DNA of 64,000 nt. It comes from Candidatus Bathyarchaeota archaeon (GTDB lineage: Archaea > Thermoproteota > Bathyarchaeia > Bathyarchaeales > Bathycorpusculaceae). The position numbers were made by a program, and so were the translations under genes. The notes beneath the pieces were generated by a model that did not search any database, was not told the origin of the DNA, and was given only the letters and a program-made list of their open reading frames with translations. Positions 43,252 through 52,067 of the stretch are shown in pieces (the first letter of the stretch is position 1; every line of letters starts with the position of its first letter). The DNA lies in the NCBI GenBank assembly GCA_963775895.1, contig CAVZKL010000010.1, positions 1-64,000 on the forward strand, written 5' to 3'.

Positions 43252-44052
43252 TTAGAGCTTTTTGACAAAAAAAGAAACTGTATGGTCAACCTTGAACCCG
43301 AGTTTCTGATAAAGCCTTTCTGCGTCTCCTCCTTTATCAGTTTGTAACGTGTGCAGGTCATTCCCTTCTTTGAATGAGTCGGAAACAACTTGCATTGTTA
43401 ACTCTGTTCCTATTCCACGTCTCCTGTATTCTTTGAGTGTTGAAACATTGAGGATGCATCCCGTTTTGTCTTTGGAAAATAAACTGATTGTTCCAACAGG
43501 TTGTCCGTCTGCATAAGCCAAGTAGTTTCTAGCTCCCTTTCGCATCCAATCGACAACAAATCTGTCAAACACTTCCTTCCATTCAGCTGGCATCTCGAAA
43601 CTCTTGACCATCAGACTGTCAAAAAGGTCTATCCCATCTTCTTCTATCTCATTCACCGTGACATTTGGATTAAGTATGTTCTCTGATGTTTTTCCCTCAA
43701 AGACCATGATTGATTGCTCTAACTCTTTCTCAAACCCGTAACGTTCAAGGAGTGAAATGAACGAGGGAAGAGTCAACGGAGAAACTCGAAAACAAGCAAA
43801 AGGAAGTCCTCTCGACATAAAATGACTGATGATCGTTTTGACGAAAACCTCAGCCCTGTCTTCAGTGACGTTGACGTTTGTGACATGGTTAAAGACAATC
43901 ACGGGGATTTGGAGCCAATGAGCAACAATCGCTCCTTCCAGCTCCACAGTCTCGGGGAAAATTTGTACGAAATCGTGCCAAAACTTTTCAAGCCTATCAA
44001 CATTTTCCAAAATGTGCCACCATATCTCGTATGCTCGACACCTAGGAGACAA
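43252..44052 (-). CDS. GNAT acetyltransferase (two-domain)
   Basis: NVSTLKEYRRRGIGT, AERLYQKLGF. Confidence 0.85.
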   Translation of the reverse strand: MSPRCRAYEIWWHILENVDRLEKFWHDFVQIFPETVELEGAIVAHWLQIPVIVFNHVTNVNVTEDRAEVFVKTIISHFMSRGLPFACFRVSPLTLPSFISLLERYGFEKELEQSIMVFEGKTSENILNPNVTVNEIEEDGIDLFDSLMVKSFEMPAEWKEVFDRFVVDWMRKGARNYLAYADGQPVGTISLFSKDKTGCILNVSTLKEYRRRGIGTELTMQVVSDSFKEGNDLHTLQTDKGGDAERLYQKLGFKVDHTVSFFVKKL

Positions 44053-44154
44053 AAATAGTTGGAATGAGTATTAAAGACTAAGCGCGCGAGCTCGTAAAGC
44101 ATAAATGATTGCTAGCACCATATTCTTTTGTAGTGTACTCCGAGTTGAACAATT

Positions 44155-44634
44155 TTGGATCTTCGATTAAGTGATATGACTCTGATCGGACTTATTCTGT
44201 CAGCGGTTCTGTTCTTCGGTAGCCTAATACTGCTTTATCAAGTCGTCACTCTAAATCCCGTAAGTTCTTTTTCGGTTTCCGTGATAATTCTATCAACGTT
44301 TTTCGGCTTAGGTCTTGGAACAATTATAGGCTGGTTCATAACATTTGACTTGTTGAAAAATCTGAGGCAGAAGACTGAATATAAACAAATTCAATCTAAG
44401 ATCTTCATGTTTACCTTCGTAGTTGGGCTTCCCTTATTTGTGCTAGTTTCTTTGATCGTCATTCGTACTCTTCGTGTGGCTTTCATGGTTGGAGAAATAA
44501 TCTTTGTATTTTCAGCAGTATTCACTTTTTTCAGTACAAGAATGGCTCTTATCACTAGATTTGAACATCAAACTAGAAAAATCATCATGATGGATTACTT
44601 TAACTTGTCTGGCAGAATATTCATAAAATCTTGA
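44155..44634 (+). CDS. four-TM hypothetical membrane protein
   Basis: Hydrophobic AT-rich ORF between sites 44082 and 44641. Confidence 0.65.
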   Translation: MDLRLSDMTLIGLILSAVLFFGSLILLYQVVTLNPVSSFSVSVIILSTFFGLGLGTIIGWFITFDLLKNLRQKTEYKQIQSKIFMFTFVVGLPLFVLVSLIVIRTLRVAFMVGEIIFVFSAVFTFFSTRMALITRFEHQTRKIIMMDYFNLSGRIFIKS

Positions 44635-44652
44635 TAGAGAGCGCGCGCTAGC

Positions 44653-45360
44653 CTACGAGGCAGAAGCTATTCTATCCAAAATTGATGAAAGCTTCTCGGG
44701 TTCAGTTATCATTGCATCGTGTCCTGTATCCAGGTCGAAGACGGTTCCTCCTTCGAGTCGTATCTTCTCCGCAAATCCTTCCATCCCAGACTGTGTGCAG
44801 TGCACAAAATAGCGAAGGAGTTTCTTCGCCTTCATTTTTCGGGCATCAAGCTTTTCCTGATGTGTCAGAATCGGCATTGACGTCAAACGTGATTTCATCC
44901 ATTGCTTGTCCCGAGGATCCGTAACTCCGAAATCTTCAGGTTTCCACGAAGGAACCATTCCATTGGCATCCGCACTCCTTTTGAACTGATCTTCCAAGCC
45001 TGGAATCAACGAAAACACGCTTTGCCCGTGTTCAGGCACGATGGCATCAAGATAGACGAGTTTGTTGACGCGGGAACTCCTCTCAGCAACGCCGGTGATG
45101 ATCATTCCTCCGTAACTGTGCCCGACTAAGATGGCATCATTCAGATCTTCAAATTCTAATAGATTAATTATGTCCTGAATGTGAACCGAGAGACCCATGC
45201 TCCGAGACGCTATATGGAAACGTTCCCCCATGCCTGAAAGCGTAGGTGTAACGCATTCGTGTCCTCGCTCAAGTAGTCTAGGCGTGAGCTTCTTCCAGCA
45301 CCAACCTCCATGCCAGGAACCGTGAACCAGAATGAATGTACTCAAACGCGCTCGCAGCAA
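44653..45360 (-). CDS. alpha/beta hydrolase (esterase)
   Basis: LVHGSWHGGWCW, GHSYGG, DTGHDAM. Confidence 0.92.
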   Translation of the reverse strand: MLRARLSTFILVHGSWHGGWCWKKLTPRLLERGHECVTPTLSGMGERFHIASRSMGLSVHIQDIINLLEFEDLNDAILVGHSYGGMIITGVAERSSRVNKLVYLDAIVPEHGQSVFSLIPGLEDQFKRSADANGMVPSWKPEDFGVTDPRDKQWMKSRLTSMPILTHQEKLDARKMKAKKLLRYFVHCTQSGMEGFAEKIRLEGGTVFDLDTGHDAMITEPEKLSSILDRIASAS

Positions 45361-45609
45361 GCAAGACCTCCCACTTTAGAAGGTTACGGAGAGCTCATAA
45401 AGGCTCCGTTGACCTAAGGACAGTCCGTTCTCCTCACAACAAAAGCAGCGCGCGCTCCTGCAAACAATACGTTGAAAAAGGAAGCGCGCTTCTCTCCGTA
45501 AAAATCAATATAGAACGAAAAATGTTTGTTAGCTGTTTTTTACAAAAATCGCCTCCACATGGGTGCTTATTTCCTGCCTATTGCTATACATGATTTCGAG
45601 GTGATGTAA

Positions 45610-46065
45610 ATGGTTGAGAAAGAAAATGCAGAAAAGCTCCAGGACCTTGAACAACAAGTTTTCGAGGCGCTTGAGAACCAAAAAAGAAGAGACACCCTTC
45701 GAATAGTAGGAGAAAACAAAGGCATTGCCTACACGAAAATTCTGAATGCAAGCAAGATTTCAGACAGTCCGACTCTCTCATACCACCTTAAAAGCTTAGC
45801 ACCTTTCATCGAGCAGAAAGAGGGAAAGTATCGGCTCACAACAATAGGAAAAGACGCGTATAACCTCTTGCTAAAGACCCATGCCTATGATAAGCTGGCT
45901 TTACTGCAGAAGAATAAGTTTGAAGTCATATTAGGGAATGCTGTGATTTGGCTAGGTGCAATCGCTGCAGCAGTATACTTGGGAACTGACGTATTCCTAT
46001 CTACTGTCATCCTTCCGATACTCGCCGCCATGAGTCTTGTCATAACTTATGGGTTGTTCGAGTAG
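45610..46065 (+). CDS. winged-helix regulator with C-terminal TM helices
   Basis: FEALENQKRR, LSYHLKSL, YRLTTIG; two TM helices. Confidence 0.8.
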   Translation: MVEKENAEKLQDLEQQVFEALENQKRRDTLRIVGENKGIAYTKILNASKISDSPTLSYHLKSLAPFIEQKEGKYRLTTIGKDAYNLLLKTHAYDKLALLQKNKFEVILGNAVIWLGAIAAAVYLGTDVFLSTVILPILAAMSLVITYGLFE

Positions 46066-46096
46066 TCCTTTCTTTCTTTAATTTCACCCTCTCTTA

Positions 46097-46213
46097 GCGC
46101 GCCCTTTCTCAGGTCATGGTTCACAGGAGTGTTTCTTTAGAAGGGAAAGTGGAAAGTTAGATTTATCATAGCATCATGGACACGTTATGGTAAGCGTCTA
46201 ACATTGCGCGCGC
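46097..46213 (+). promoter_or_regulatory. promoter-like / hairpin mini-module between (GC)n sites
   Basis: GTTAGATTTATCATAGC...GTTATGGTAAGCGTCTAAC. Confidence 0.5.
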
Positions 46214-46228
46214 TATAATTGCGGCCGC

Positions 46229-46726
46229 TTACTGGTTTTGGATATTATTTGCTTTCCTTCTCTTGTTGTATGTGTATTGATAGTAGCCATAGGAACTCAT
46301 CATTATGAAGAAGGCAATCACAAGCATCATTCCATAGAATCGCGACATCAAGTATCCATACCAGTTCAAGCCTATGCTTCCGATGAAAAGGAGTAGAAGA
46401 TAGATAACGAGGCCTACTGGCCAGCGGTCGGGATGATGATATGGTTTCTTCTGAGTTATCAGCCTATACCAGAGGTCGTAGACCAAGTAAATGATTATAG
46501 GCAATCCAGCTAGAAGACGGCCGGAGTCGTTGCCAATAAGGAGGTTCACTACCCAAAGTGAGGTAAAAGGAACCAGCTGGACACTGAATGCAATTCTCAA
46601 CTTCCACTCCCACCTCGAGAGTTCACGAGCACGCAGAACGTACACGACAAACAAAAAAGCATAGAAGACCAGTGCAAAGAAGACAACAAGATTGTCTAAC
46701 AGACCTGCATCCATTACCGACCACAA
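46229..46726 (-). CDS. hypothetical membrane protein
   Basis: Five TM helices. Confidence 0.7.
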   Translation of the reverse strand: MWSVMDAGLLDNLVVFFALVFYAFLFVVYVLRARELSRWEWKLRIAFSVQLVPFTSLWVVNLLIGNDSGRLLAGLPIIIYLVYDLWYRLITQKKPYHHPDRWPVGLVIYLLLLFIGSIGLNWYGYLMSRFYGMMLVIAFFIMMSSYGYYQYTYNKRRKANNIQNQ

Positions 46727-46887
46727 TTAAACTGTACTGATTTCTGTTCAGCTATGACTTTTCCGCAAATGGTTTCTCTGTCCTGCGCTTTAGAATTCTC
46801 TTCAAGTACTACACACTCTTTTGCATAGAAAAAACCTAGGTTGTTGCTTTAGGATGAATCTTAGCTTTAGTTGTCTCAATTCTAGCT

Positions 46888-47291
46888 CTATATGTAAGTA
46901 ACAACCCTAACGATGATGAAAAACTTCTTGAGGGGCCCTGAAATCTTGCGCGCGCTTTCCACAACTCTTTCTATCATTGTGCTCAAGTCGTTGCGTTCGG
47001 CAATTATGTCCTTCGCTTGAACGCGCTCTAGAGACCGCGTGCCAAATGCCTCTGGACTTCCAATAGAGTTTGCCCGCGCATGCATTCGAACTCGATCATG
47101 ATTGTTCTGTAAGTTTTCTCTGCTTTGTATGGAAGGTAGCTTGATACGAACATTTCAACAGGTATGCCGTCCTTCAGGCTCGGCAGACGAATCTGACCAA
47201 CTCTCCTCAAAACAACCCCCAAACTTGCGGCAGCACCCCAGTGGGTTTTTCCTGCAAGACCTAGCCTCGATCTTATTTCCACATTAATCAA
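46888..47291 (-). pseudogene. degenerate hypothetical gene divergent from the Lrp regulator
   Basis: GGAGG RBS; two overlapping ORFs; the 3' end crosses the 46948 site. Confidence 0.35.
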
Positions 47292-47403
47292 CCTCCATTC
47301 TGTTCCTGATTACAGTAAGGTCATATCATCGATAATTGTGTAACTGAAGAATATTCAAATATAACACAAGAAATTTATAGAAAGTTGAACAGTATTCAAT
47401 AAT

Positions 47404-47868
47404 ATGAAGAACATAAGACCTGAACTGATAAAATTGTTCAAGCAGGGGTATTGCACGCCTCAGATATCCAGAATTGCCAAAGCTATTGACGAACCTTCGA
47501 CGACCATTCATTACAACATAAAGAAGCTGGAAAAAGAAGGCGCAATAGAAACCTACAAGGCCGTTTTTGACTACACAAAAATCGAAGAAGGATTCTGCGC
47601 GTATGTCCTGATCAACGTGTCTCCTTTAGAATACGAACATGATTGGTCGAAATACGAAACGCAAATAGTAAGAGAGCTGGCAAAGCATAAGGAAGTCGAG
47701 AGTTTGGATATAATTACGGGAGAATGGGATATGATTCTCAAAATCAGAACAAAAGACCAAAGCGATTTCTATGACTTCCTAGGGAAAGTCATTAATCGAG
47801 TGGCCATCCAAAAAAGCATATCCCTAGTCTCATTGCGGCAAGTCAAAAGCGATTTCATACTTAGATGA
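47404..47868 (+). CDS. Lrp/AsnC family transcriptional regulator
   Basis: STTIHYNIKKLEKEGAI HTH; ITGEWDMILK RAM domain. Confidence 0.9.
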   Translation: MKNIRPELIKLFKQGYCTPQISRIAKAIDEPSTTIHYNIKKLEKEGAIETYKAVFDYTKIEEGFCAYVLINVSPLEYEHDWSKYETQIVRELAKHKEVESLDIITGEWDMILKIRTKDQSDFYDFLGKVINRVAIQKSISLVSLRQVKSDFILR

Positions 47869-47871
47869 CGT

Positions 47872-47969
47872 GCGCGCGAGAATGATTTGTCTCTGTGATG
47901 TCAGACAATGAAAAGACAACATTAGATTTATTGTATCGTCATGAAAACGTTAAGGTTCAAGCGCGCGCG
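47872..47969 (+). promoter_or_regulatory. promoter-like mini-module between (GC)n sites
   Basis: ACATTAGATTTATT (47919)...CGTTAAGGTTCAA-GCGCGCGCG. Confidence 0.6.
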
Positions 47970-48117
47970 TGCTGACAATAATTGGCTTCGCAACACCAAA
48001 CTCTGGCTATGAACTCTAACATCGTAGTCTTTTACCCACTTTCTTTTGACGTGTCGAATAATAGAAAAGCGCGCGTTTTGAAAGAGTTATATTTGCTGCC
48101 CCACAGTACACTTTGAT

Positions 48118-48612
48118 TTGGAGATAGAGTTGGCTGGTTCAGAGTTTCTATTATCATTGATCCTGTGGTTTGTCCGTGCTTTCGTTTCAAGCCTGATTTG
48201 TTTGCTGATTGGGTACATTGGAATTAGGAGCATCACGCTTTTGACGACGAAGATTAAAGAGTTCGAAAGCATCAAGGGTAATTCTTTGGCAACTAGCCTT
48301 TTTGTTGGCGGTTTTTTTGTTTATGCTGGCTTGGTTGTTTACGGTTCGATGGTTAACCCGTTCTTCCTTTCGCAGTCAGTGACTGTTGGCGCCTACTTCA
48401 ACCTGCAGAGGCTCCTCGTTGTTGTCCTCAGCTTCTTCGTAAGTCTGTTCGTCGGCGGCTTGTTCTACCTAGTCTTTGCCAAACTCAGGCCCTTCGGCAT
48501 TGACCTAGACGACATCAACAAGCATCCTATGGCTGTTGGAGTCTTCCTGCTCTGCTACGAAATCTTTTTGGGGCTCATAATGTTTGCAAGCTTAACCATC
48601 CCAATAGGATAG
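48118..48612 (+). CDS. DUF350-like membrane protein
   Basis: Two repeats of TM-(I.E...I..N/H.A..)-TM. Confidence 0.6.
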   Translation: MEIELAGSEFLLSLILWFVRAFVSSLICLLIGYIGIRSITLLTTKIKEFESIKGNSLATSLFVGGFFVYAGLVVYGSMVNPFFLSQSVTVGAYFNLQRLLVVVLSFFVSLFVGGLFYLVFAKLRPFGIDLDDINKHPMAVGVFLLCYEIFLGLIMFASLTIPIG

Positions 48613-48625
48613 CCGAGGACAACAA

Positions 48626-49447
48626 ATGACTCACATGCGATACCTCATCCTATTCTTACTTCTTTGCGCGTCAGCTGTTGCTCTGATCAAAACTGCCAGC
48701 GCGTTTCCAGCTTCAAGCTTCAGTCAGCGATATGGTGATTGGTTTGACAACTGGGGAATAGACAGGAATAACTTCGCAGGTTCTAATGGGTACTTGCCCA
48801 ATCTTGCGTCTGAAACGCTCGGCGATAACAAGGAACTAGCTTATAACATCGGCGAAAGGTTCGAAGAAAACTATCCAAGTAACACCGATAGGGCAGTCGC
48901 CATCCTGAAGTACGTTCAGAGGTGGACAGAGTACGGCTATGACAGCGACAACGTCATCAGAGATGGCGTCGCTCAAGACGATTGGGCTTGGAATGCCGAT
49001 GAAATGGCACACGCTTTCAACGAAACTACAGGCGTCAAAGCCATCGGAGACTGCGAGGACATGGCTTTCCTTTGTGGCACAATCTACGTGGCTGCAGGTT
49101 TGGACGCTGCCATCATTGATGCACCCGGCCATTGTGCTCTACTGATTTGGCTTCCAGAGTTCTCGAACGCAAACAACTATTGGGATATTAGTGACGGCAG
49201 AGGCGCTGGTTGGATATGGGTTGAAGCTACAGGCAGCTCTAACCCTTTAGGTTGGACCCCGCCGGACTTCGAAAACGGCGGATGGACCGCGTATCCAATT
49301 ACAAATTCCTCGGTATTCGTTACTGAACCATTTCAGCCAACTTCGACTTCAACTTCGACTTCGACTGATTTGGATACTCTAGGCATTATTGTTGCCATAA
49401 TTTTTTCAGTCATAGCAGCTCTGGCTAGGCTCAAGCGCACGCACTAA
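48626..49447 (+). CDS. secreted, membrane-anchored transglutaminase-like cysteine protease
   Basis: Signal peptide, GDCEDMA, PGHCAL, WIWVEAT, TSTSTS linker, C-terminal TM. Confidence 0.8.
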   Translation: MTHMRYLILFLLLCASAVALIKTASAFPASSFSQRYGDWFDNWGIDRNNFAGSNGYLPNLASETLGDNKELAYNIGERFEENYPSNTDRAVAILKYVQRWTEYGYDSDNVIRDGVAQDDWAWNADEMAHAFNETTGVKAIGDCEDMAFLCGTIYVAAGLDAAIIDAPGHCALLIWLPEFSNANNYWDISDGRGAGWIWVEATGSSNPLGWTPPDFENGGWTAYPITNSSVFVTEPFQPTSTSTSTSTDLDTLGIIVAIIFSVIAALARLKRTH

Positions 49448-49905
49448 GTTGAACCTATTTTTTCTTTTTTTGCTTCCTCTATCTTCTTTGCCATTTCATA
49501 GTCCAGAAGGAGGGGAGCGTTCCCCTTGGAAGGTCTGTTGCCGCTTGCGATGTAAACTGTGCCTGGATTGTAAACAGACGCGCTTCCAGATGACACTGCA
49601 ATGGTCCCAGCCATGAAATCTCTAGCTTTGTCAATAGGTATGAAATCGGGGAGAGCGGTTGAATCATAGAATATCCTCCATTCCAAGTCGGTTCCATATT
49701 TATCTCCAATAGCTGCGGAACCTGCTTCGCCGGAAACGACTGTTTCACGCCGCGGTAATGTCCCAACAGCAAAAAGAACCAGTTTGTTGTTGAAGCTAGC
49801 TTCGACAACCTTGACGTCTGGAATGTCTATTATCAGCGACCCTTCAAAAAGGTTCTTCCCCTTTCCCCATCCACTCAGCCATTTAGGACGCTGCATAAGG
49901 ATCAA
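49444..49905 (-). CDS. hypothetical protein
   Basis: 153-aa ORF between decayed site 49435 and site 49961. Confidence 0.6.
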   Translation of the reverse strand: MILMQRPKWLSGWGKGKNLFEGSLIIDIPDVKVVEASFNNKLVLFAVGTLPRRETVVSGEAGSAAIGDKYGTDLEWRIFYDSTALPDFIPIDKARDFMAGTIAVSSGSASVYNPGTVYIASGNRPSKGNAPLLLDYEMAKKIEEAKKEKIGST

Positions 49906-50107
49906 GTTCTAACAGTTTTCTATTCACTATAAAACACCTTCCGCTACAACTCGACAGTCTGCGCGCGCTAAAAGAAAACTTTGCTAAAAGCGTAGCAGTG
50001 GCTCCAAGAAAATAGTCAGGTCATAAAAGCCTGATGAGGGAAACTGAAAAGGAAAAAAAGCATTGACAGATGAAAATGCGATGCTGAAGGTTGCTATTAC
50101 TTGCCGT

Positions 50108-50332
50108 CTATAGCTTGCTTTTGATTGCGTTAATGAGGTCTTGTGGAGAATTGAAATTCATATTAGGCAGTTTGCCTAGAACCGACATCATCTCTGTTGG
50201 GGCGTTGTTATTTTTAAATGCACTTTCTACATTTTGTTTGCTTGCAGGGAAGTTGAGTCCTTTCACGTACTTCATTATCTCTTCGCCTCCAAGACCTTCA
50301 ATCTTATCACCCAAGCCTTTGAACATCGACAT
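50108..50332 (-). CDS. DUF2795 family small protein
   Basis: VKGLNFPASK...LP...FNSPQD; GGAGGTGA RBS. Confidence 0.8.
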   Translation of the reverse strand: MSMFKGLGDKIEGLGGEEIMKYVKGLNFPASKQNVESAFKNNNAPTEMMSVLGKLPNMNFNSPQDLINAIKSKL

Positions 50333-50420
50333 CTAATCACCTCCCCTTAACAACAAATCATAAACACACGCCATTTTCAGACAAAAAAGAATTGTGTTTT
50401 AAACAGAGTTAAAGGGTTTG

Positions 50421-50447
50421 GGTTTGGGGCAAAACTTTACCCCAACC
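50421..50447 (+). repeat. dyad repeat copy 3
   Basis: GGTTTGGGGCAAAACTTTACCCCAACC. Confidence 0.7.
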
Positions 50448-50544
50448 AACCAACAATATCAATTGCCGAGAACGGTTTATGTTCTTCCGTAAGAACTATT
50501 AGTCTATCCGCACGTGTTCTTCGTGACGATAAACTGTGAAAACA

Positions 50545-50682
50545 TTGAAAAAACGCTTTGAAACAATAGATGAATATATCGCCACATTCCCCCGAAATGT
50601 CCAAGATATTTTAGAAGAACTGAGACAAACAATCCAAAATTCAGCACCAGATGCCAAAGATTGTTTTTGCCACTATTTTTGA
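50545..50682 (+). pseudogene. truncated DUF1801/YdhG-like gene
   Basis: FETIDEYIATFPRNVQDILEELRQTIQNSAPDA, then an early stop. Confidence 0.65.
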
Positions 50683-50764
50683 TGGCAAGTATGCCCTATG
50701 AACCCCTAATAGACATGGAATAGACACCTATACGAACTTCAACGTTCTGCAAACATAGCGCGCG

Positions 50765-51430
50765 CTATTGTGTTTCCACTCTTCCATCGCAGAACTTGTT
50801 AATGTATTCGAAGGCTATCTGCTTGGATTGGGATAGTGTTTCTGAAGAGATTCCTGGAACACCGCACACGAGCATTGTGACATTCCTGGTGTCTTCTGTT
50901 ACCTTCGAATAATCAGCGTCTCTGTGAGGGTAAAGCGCTACAAGTCTCTCTGCGTCTGAAATTACAGCTTCTCCGCCGTCTAGAACCATGGGTTTATCCA
51001 TTCCTACACCCAGAAAACTCTCACCCTTCAATGCAAATCGCATTACTAATTTATCCTTTAGCTTGTCTTCGTCGAACGCTGCCAAAGCTACTTCTGATTT
51101 GAGGGAGGCCAAATTGTAGGCGTCCACTAGAGTATTAATACTCGGCACTGGTTTTCCTGCTAACACTCTTCTAATTAATGCTTCAGTTGCAGGACGATTT
51201 TTGGTGGGGTCTATTCTTATCTTCCAGAAAAAATCACGGTAAGCTCGGAAAACTGAAACATCCTTCACGGTTTCAAGACTGTATCTTTGCTTAACCTCGC
51301 TGAATATCAACTTCTTAAATTCCTCAAGCTCATCATCTCTTTTCATAACCTTCACATCTTTCACAGAGAAAATCAACAGCTTCAAATCTGGAAAACGGCT
51401 TTTCAGATCTTGACCCATTGTGATATCCAA
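50765..51430 (-). CDS. B3/B4 domain (PheT editing-like) protein
   Basis: IDPTKNRPATEALIRR, INTLVDAYN. The stop codon overlaps TAGCGCGCGCTA. Confidence 0.9.
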   Translation of the reverse strand: MDITMGQDLKSRFPDLKLLIFSVKDVKVMKRDDELEEFKKLIFSEVKQRYSLETVKDVSVFRAYRDFFWKIRIDPTKNRPATEALIRRVLAGKPVPSINTLVDAYNLASLKSEVALAAFDEDKLKDKLVMRFALKGESFLGVGMDKPMVLDGGEAVISDAERLVALYPHRDADYSKVTEDTRNVTMLVCGVPGISSETLSQSKQIAFEYINKFCDGRVETQ

Positions 51431-51453
51431 ACTAGCCGGCCTCCGTTCAACTC

Positions 51454-51873
51454 TTATTCGCCTATGATCTGTAAGATTATGTTTCTGCTTCTGCTACGGA
51501 CATCTAATTCCACAAGAATTATCTGCTGCCATGTTCCCAGAGTTAATCTCCCGTTAACAAAAGGCACGGTGATACTGGGTCCTATAAGTGAGGCTCTTAC
51601 GTGTGAGTGCCCGTTGCCGTCATGCCATGTTTTCTCATGCGCGTACAACAATTTTTTCGGGGCTATACGCTCAAGAATGTTTGGAAGATCCTCCAAAAGC
51701 CCTGGTTCATACTCGATTGTCGTCAATGCTCCAGTGGATCCTGGCAAGAAAACAGTTACAATTCCATCTTTCAATTTACTTTCAACAACAGTTTCAGCAA
51801 CTCGGCTTGTAATATCTAATATGTCGCCTTCTCCTCTGGTTTGTATTGAAAGTTGCTTCGTTCTAACAGTCAA
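51454..51873 (-). CDS. YjbQ / UPF0047 family protein
   Basis: GSTGAL..E, NGHSHVRASLIG, LGTWQ. Confidence 0.92.
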   Translation of the reverse strand: MTVRTKQLSIQTRGEGDILDITSRVAETVVESKLKDGIVTVFLPGSTGALTTIEYEPGLLEDLPNILERIAPKKLLYAHEKTWHDGNGHSHVRASLIGPSITVPFVNGRLTLGTWQQIILVELDVRSRSRNIILQIIGE

Positions 51874-51976
51874 CCCTTAAACCTCCGAGAAACAAACCAA
51901 GAAACATTCTATAACTGCTGTCTATTAAGAATTAGGCGCGCGCGTCTTACCTGAAGCCCGTGGTTTCAGAGAGAGA

Positions 51977-52054
51977 GGGTAAAGTTTTATCCAAACCAAC
52001 CAAACCAAACCTGACGTCGATGCTGTGTGGGGGGTAAAGTTTTGTTCCAAACCC
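51977..52054 (-). repeat. dyad repeat copies 4 and 5 (tandem)
   Basis: Reverse complements GGTTTGGATAAAACTTTACCC and GGGTTTGGAACAAAACTTTACCCC. Confidence 0.75.
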
Positions 52055-52067
52055 AGACAAGCGCATG

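Noticed and set aside
46888-47291. Ketol-acid reductoisomerase C-terminal fragment
   Set aside because: Only a faint resemblance (G.P.E...Y, SPEAFG); too weak to call without a search.
49340-49366. ACTTCG tandem repeat
   Set aside because: It encodes an ordinary Thr-Ser linker before the TM anchor.
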